DNA of 55,888 nt, from assembly GCA_007124045.1 (NCBI GenBank), contig SLFX01000108.1:1-55888 (forward strand), given 5' to 3'. The notes below the pieces were generated by a model. The model was not told where the DNA came from and did not search any database. It worked only from the letters and a program-made list of their open reading frames with translations. The translations under genes and the position numbers were made by a program. Positions 53,976 to 55,888 of this stretch are shown here, in pieces; positions within the stretch are counted from its first letter, which is position 1; every line of letters begins with the position of its first letter. This stretch comes from Candidatus Delongbacteria bacterium (GTDB lineage: Bacteria; UBA4055).

Positions 53976-55250
53976 CTAGTAATTATAGAAATCCATTCTT
54001 CTCTTAAGCCATTCGCGGTGCTCGATCGTATCTTCAATGAGCATTCCGAAAACCTTTTCAATTGCAGGAGCATCGGAAGAAAAATTTCCGAAGAATCTGT
54101 CTTCAAGTATGGAATTTTCCTGGTCAAAGGCTATAGTGTAAGCCTCTTTATGCGTTATCTTAAACTCTTTACAATAGTGAATCATCTCTGCAACATTAAT
54201 AATGGCTTTTAGAACCAGATCCGGACTGTAAGAAGGTTTACTGAAAATTATTGTACCGTCATTCATCTTCTTAATAATATCCTTCAGCCAGTATTCATGC
54301 TTTCTTTCTTCTTCCGCCATGAACGGCCATAGCTCATCATTCGGAAAAATATGCTCAAAAAGCTTATAAAGATTGGAAAGCTGTCTTTCGTATTCCGAAT
54401 GAAGCCCGATGTAATGATAGATTATAAACTCCACAGAAGCTTCTTCAGGAAGAGAAATATCTTCCATGATTTTTACCGCTATCTGTTCTTTTTCCTGCTC
54501 AAAGGATTTTATCTCATGGTCTGAAGATTCCGACCTGTTTTTAAGCTCAGCATGACTTTCGCTAATTTTTGATATTGTTTGCTTATACTGCTCGATCCAC
54601 TCACTGTCGTTTTCCTCAAGGTAAGTCTGTACTTCATCCTGTTTTCTTTTAAGAACTGTAAGTTTTTTTATGTCAGGCTTTTCTTCCTTTCCTGGTCTAT
54701 TATTGTTTTGAACAGGTTGATTCGAATGTGCTTTTTCCGCTTCTTTTTTCAAACCGGCCTTTTTTTTGTTTTCAATGTATTTCTCTTTCTGCTTTTTGTA
54801 TTCCCCGAAAGCTTTCTTAAGCAGCTCACTATGTTCTTCAGTATCTTTTTTCAACTTGTTCAGCGTACCCCGAATGCCTTTTGAAGGGGATGTAAAACCA
54901 TCCAGGAAGTTTTTTTCGAGCATGCCATTCTCAATGCTTACGGCGAACTCGAACACCTGTGAAAGTTTTCTTCTTTTTTCTTCGATAGCAGTTTTTTCGG
55001 AAGATATCTTTGCTGTAGATTCCATGTAAGCCTTAATCGAAAGTCCCTCTGCGGTAAATGTGATGCTTTCGTCACTTACATTATCGGCAATAGACCTTAA
55101 CCACATCGCATGTTTGCTTTCTTCTTTGGAAAGATAGTTCCATAAGTCTTTATTCGTAAATCTCTGCGCCGCCGCGGCATAAAAGTCTGAGATCGCTTCT
55201 TCGTGCAGAGCCATTATTTCTATCAGATCATTGTATTTTTCGTTATTCAT
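53976..55250 (-). CDS. two-domain ferritin-like (four-helix-bundle) protein with Lys/Glu-rich linker
   Basis: The N- and C-terminal halves each carry the EE(S/R)KH(x)WL, IEN/QEN..LE and D(T)x(E)H blocks. ATG 55250 is preferred; the ORF extends to 55316, which would overlap the upstream gene by 26 nt. Confidence 0.55.
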   Translation of the reverse strand: MNNEKYNDLIEIMALHEEAISDFYAAAAQRFTNKDLWNYLSKEESKHAMWLRSIADNVSDESITFTAEGLSIKAYMESTAKISSEKTAIEEKRRKLSQVFEFAVSIENGMLEKNFLDGFTSPSKGIRGTLNKLKKDTEEHSELLKKAFGEYKKQKEKYIENKKKAGLKKEAEKAHSNQPVQNNNRPGKEEKPDIKKLTVLKRKQDEVQTYLEENDSEWIEQYKQTISKISESHAELKNRSESSDHEIKSFEQEKEQIAVKIMEDISLPEEASVEFIIYHYIGLHSEYERQLSNLYKLFEHIFPNDELWPFMAEEERKHEYWLKDIIKKMNDGTIIFSKPSYSPDLVLKAIINVAEMIHYCKEFKITHKEAYTIAFDQENSILEDRFFGNFSSDAPAIEKVFGMLIEDTIEHREWLKRRMDFYNY

Positions 55251-55290
55251 AATCTCTCTCTTTTTATTTGCGATTAAGAACACTTCTGAA

Positions 55291-55782
55291 TCATATTTTG
55301 TATTTTGAAGCCTCAAGAATTATCATGTCTCTGTGTTTTTCGGAATCTTGTATAAGAATTTCTATCGTGCTTTTTAAAGTCTCGGAATCGGTTTCGAAAT
55401 AGGTCAGATACTCTTTTTCATATAGCGAATTCTCAATTTTCTCGGCGTATAAAAATGCTTCTGTTATTGATATAGGATCCATCTTTATCTTTTCAACGAA
55501 ATCTCTAATAGTTTTTACCGCTTTTTGTACTTTTTCAATCAGGAAAGAACAGTTCTCATAACCGACTTCGCCTGCCTTAAGCTTTGCTGCCAGACCTTTA
55601 AGCCAGCTGGAATGTTTTTTCTCTTCTTCAGATAGTGTTCGCCACAGACTGCAATAAGAATATTGTTCCGCAAATTGATCGTAAAGCTCCATAATGGCAG
55701 TTTCAAAATCGGCCTGACTTATAATGAGTTTATACCTGTTCCCTTTGTCTTCAGTCAATATTGTACCCTCAAGTTTTTTCAC
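55291..55782 (-). CDS. single-domain ferritin-like protein, paralogue of both halves of 53976-55250
   Basis: 163 aa with a GTG start. It carries the blocks LSEEEKKHSSWL, IENSLYEKEYL and QDSEKH. Confidence 0.5.
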   Translation of the reverse strand: MKKLEGTILTEDKGNRYKLIISQADFETAIMELYDQFAEQYSYCSLWRTLSEEEKKHSSWLKGLAAKLKAGEVGYENCSFLIEKVQKAVKTIRDFVEKIKMDPISITEAFLYAEKIENSLYEKEYLTYFETDSETLKSTIEILIQDSEKHRDMIILEASKYKI

Positions 55783-55785
55783 AGT

Positions 55786-55888
55786 TCATCCGGCTATAAG
55801 TTTCTTGGCTTCTTTCAGATCTTTTGCATAAGCATCGGCACCGGTTTTTCCCCAGAGACCGGGATTGTCGTTAAAAACTTTCCCGCCG
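55786..55888 (-). CDS. C-terminal fragment of a probable cobalamin (B12)-binding-domain protein (5' part outside window)
   Basis: The reverse translation GGKVFNDNPGLWGKTGADAYAKDLKEAKKLIAG* resembles the ...GADAYA.DA..AV C-terminal end of B12-binding domains. Confidence 0.4.
   Translation of the reverse strand, partial: GGKVFNDNPGLWGKTGADAYAKDLKEAKKLIAG

Noticed and set aside
1-55888. Mobile elements, defence systems (RM, TA, CRISPR-Cas, Abi-type) or prophage genes
   Set aside because: No ORF shows transposase, integrase, nuclease/helicase, methyltransferase-specificity or phage structural signatures by eye. The XRE/ImmA-like gene is the only element reminiscent of mobile-element regulators, and it stands alone.

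Overview
A 55.9 kb chromosomal window from a low-GC diderm bacterium. LptF/LptG permeases, beta-barrel outer-membrane proteins and lipoproteins are present; phylum cannot be assigned from sequence alone. It is densely coding (about 50 CDS and one tRNA-Arg), mostly on the minus strand in long operons with overlapping stop/start junctions. Recognisable housekeeping genes include fhs, mtnA, ogt, recO, a U32 peptidase, a PfkB kinase, DAHP synthase, a TrmH-family methyltransferase, a SEDS protein, SpoIID, two S41 peptidases (one tricorn-like), MscS and LptFG. No transposase, integrase, CRISPR array or rRNA was seen. The main discovery candidate is a four-gene operon of membrane proteins with no recognisable family motifs. 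It occurs twice in the same order and orientation (4338-8542 and 33906-37994) as clearly diverged paralogues. Secondary points follow. (1) A GC-rich patch (about 11.2-17.9 kb) holds a HEAT plus 12x GNDxY-repeat protein and a translationally coupled FeS/FAD-oxidase and thioester-reductase pair. (2) Within that patch, an XRE/degenerate-ImmA regulator gene is bracketed by a 77-bp direct repeat and two copies of a TTGACAA-N21-TTGTCAA palindrome. (3) There is a GlyRS-derived protein with degenerate catalytic motifs. (4) There is a membrane-anchored radical-SAM / DsbA-like / DsbD-like triad. (5) There is a tandem of ferritin-like domains next to a B12-binding-domain gene. All functional calls rest on by-eye motif recognition; no database search was possible.
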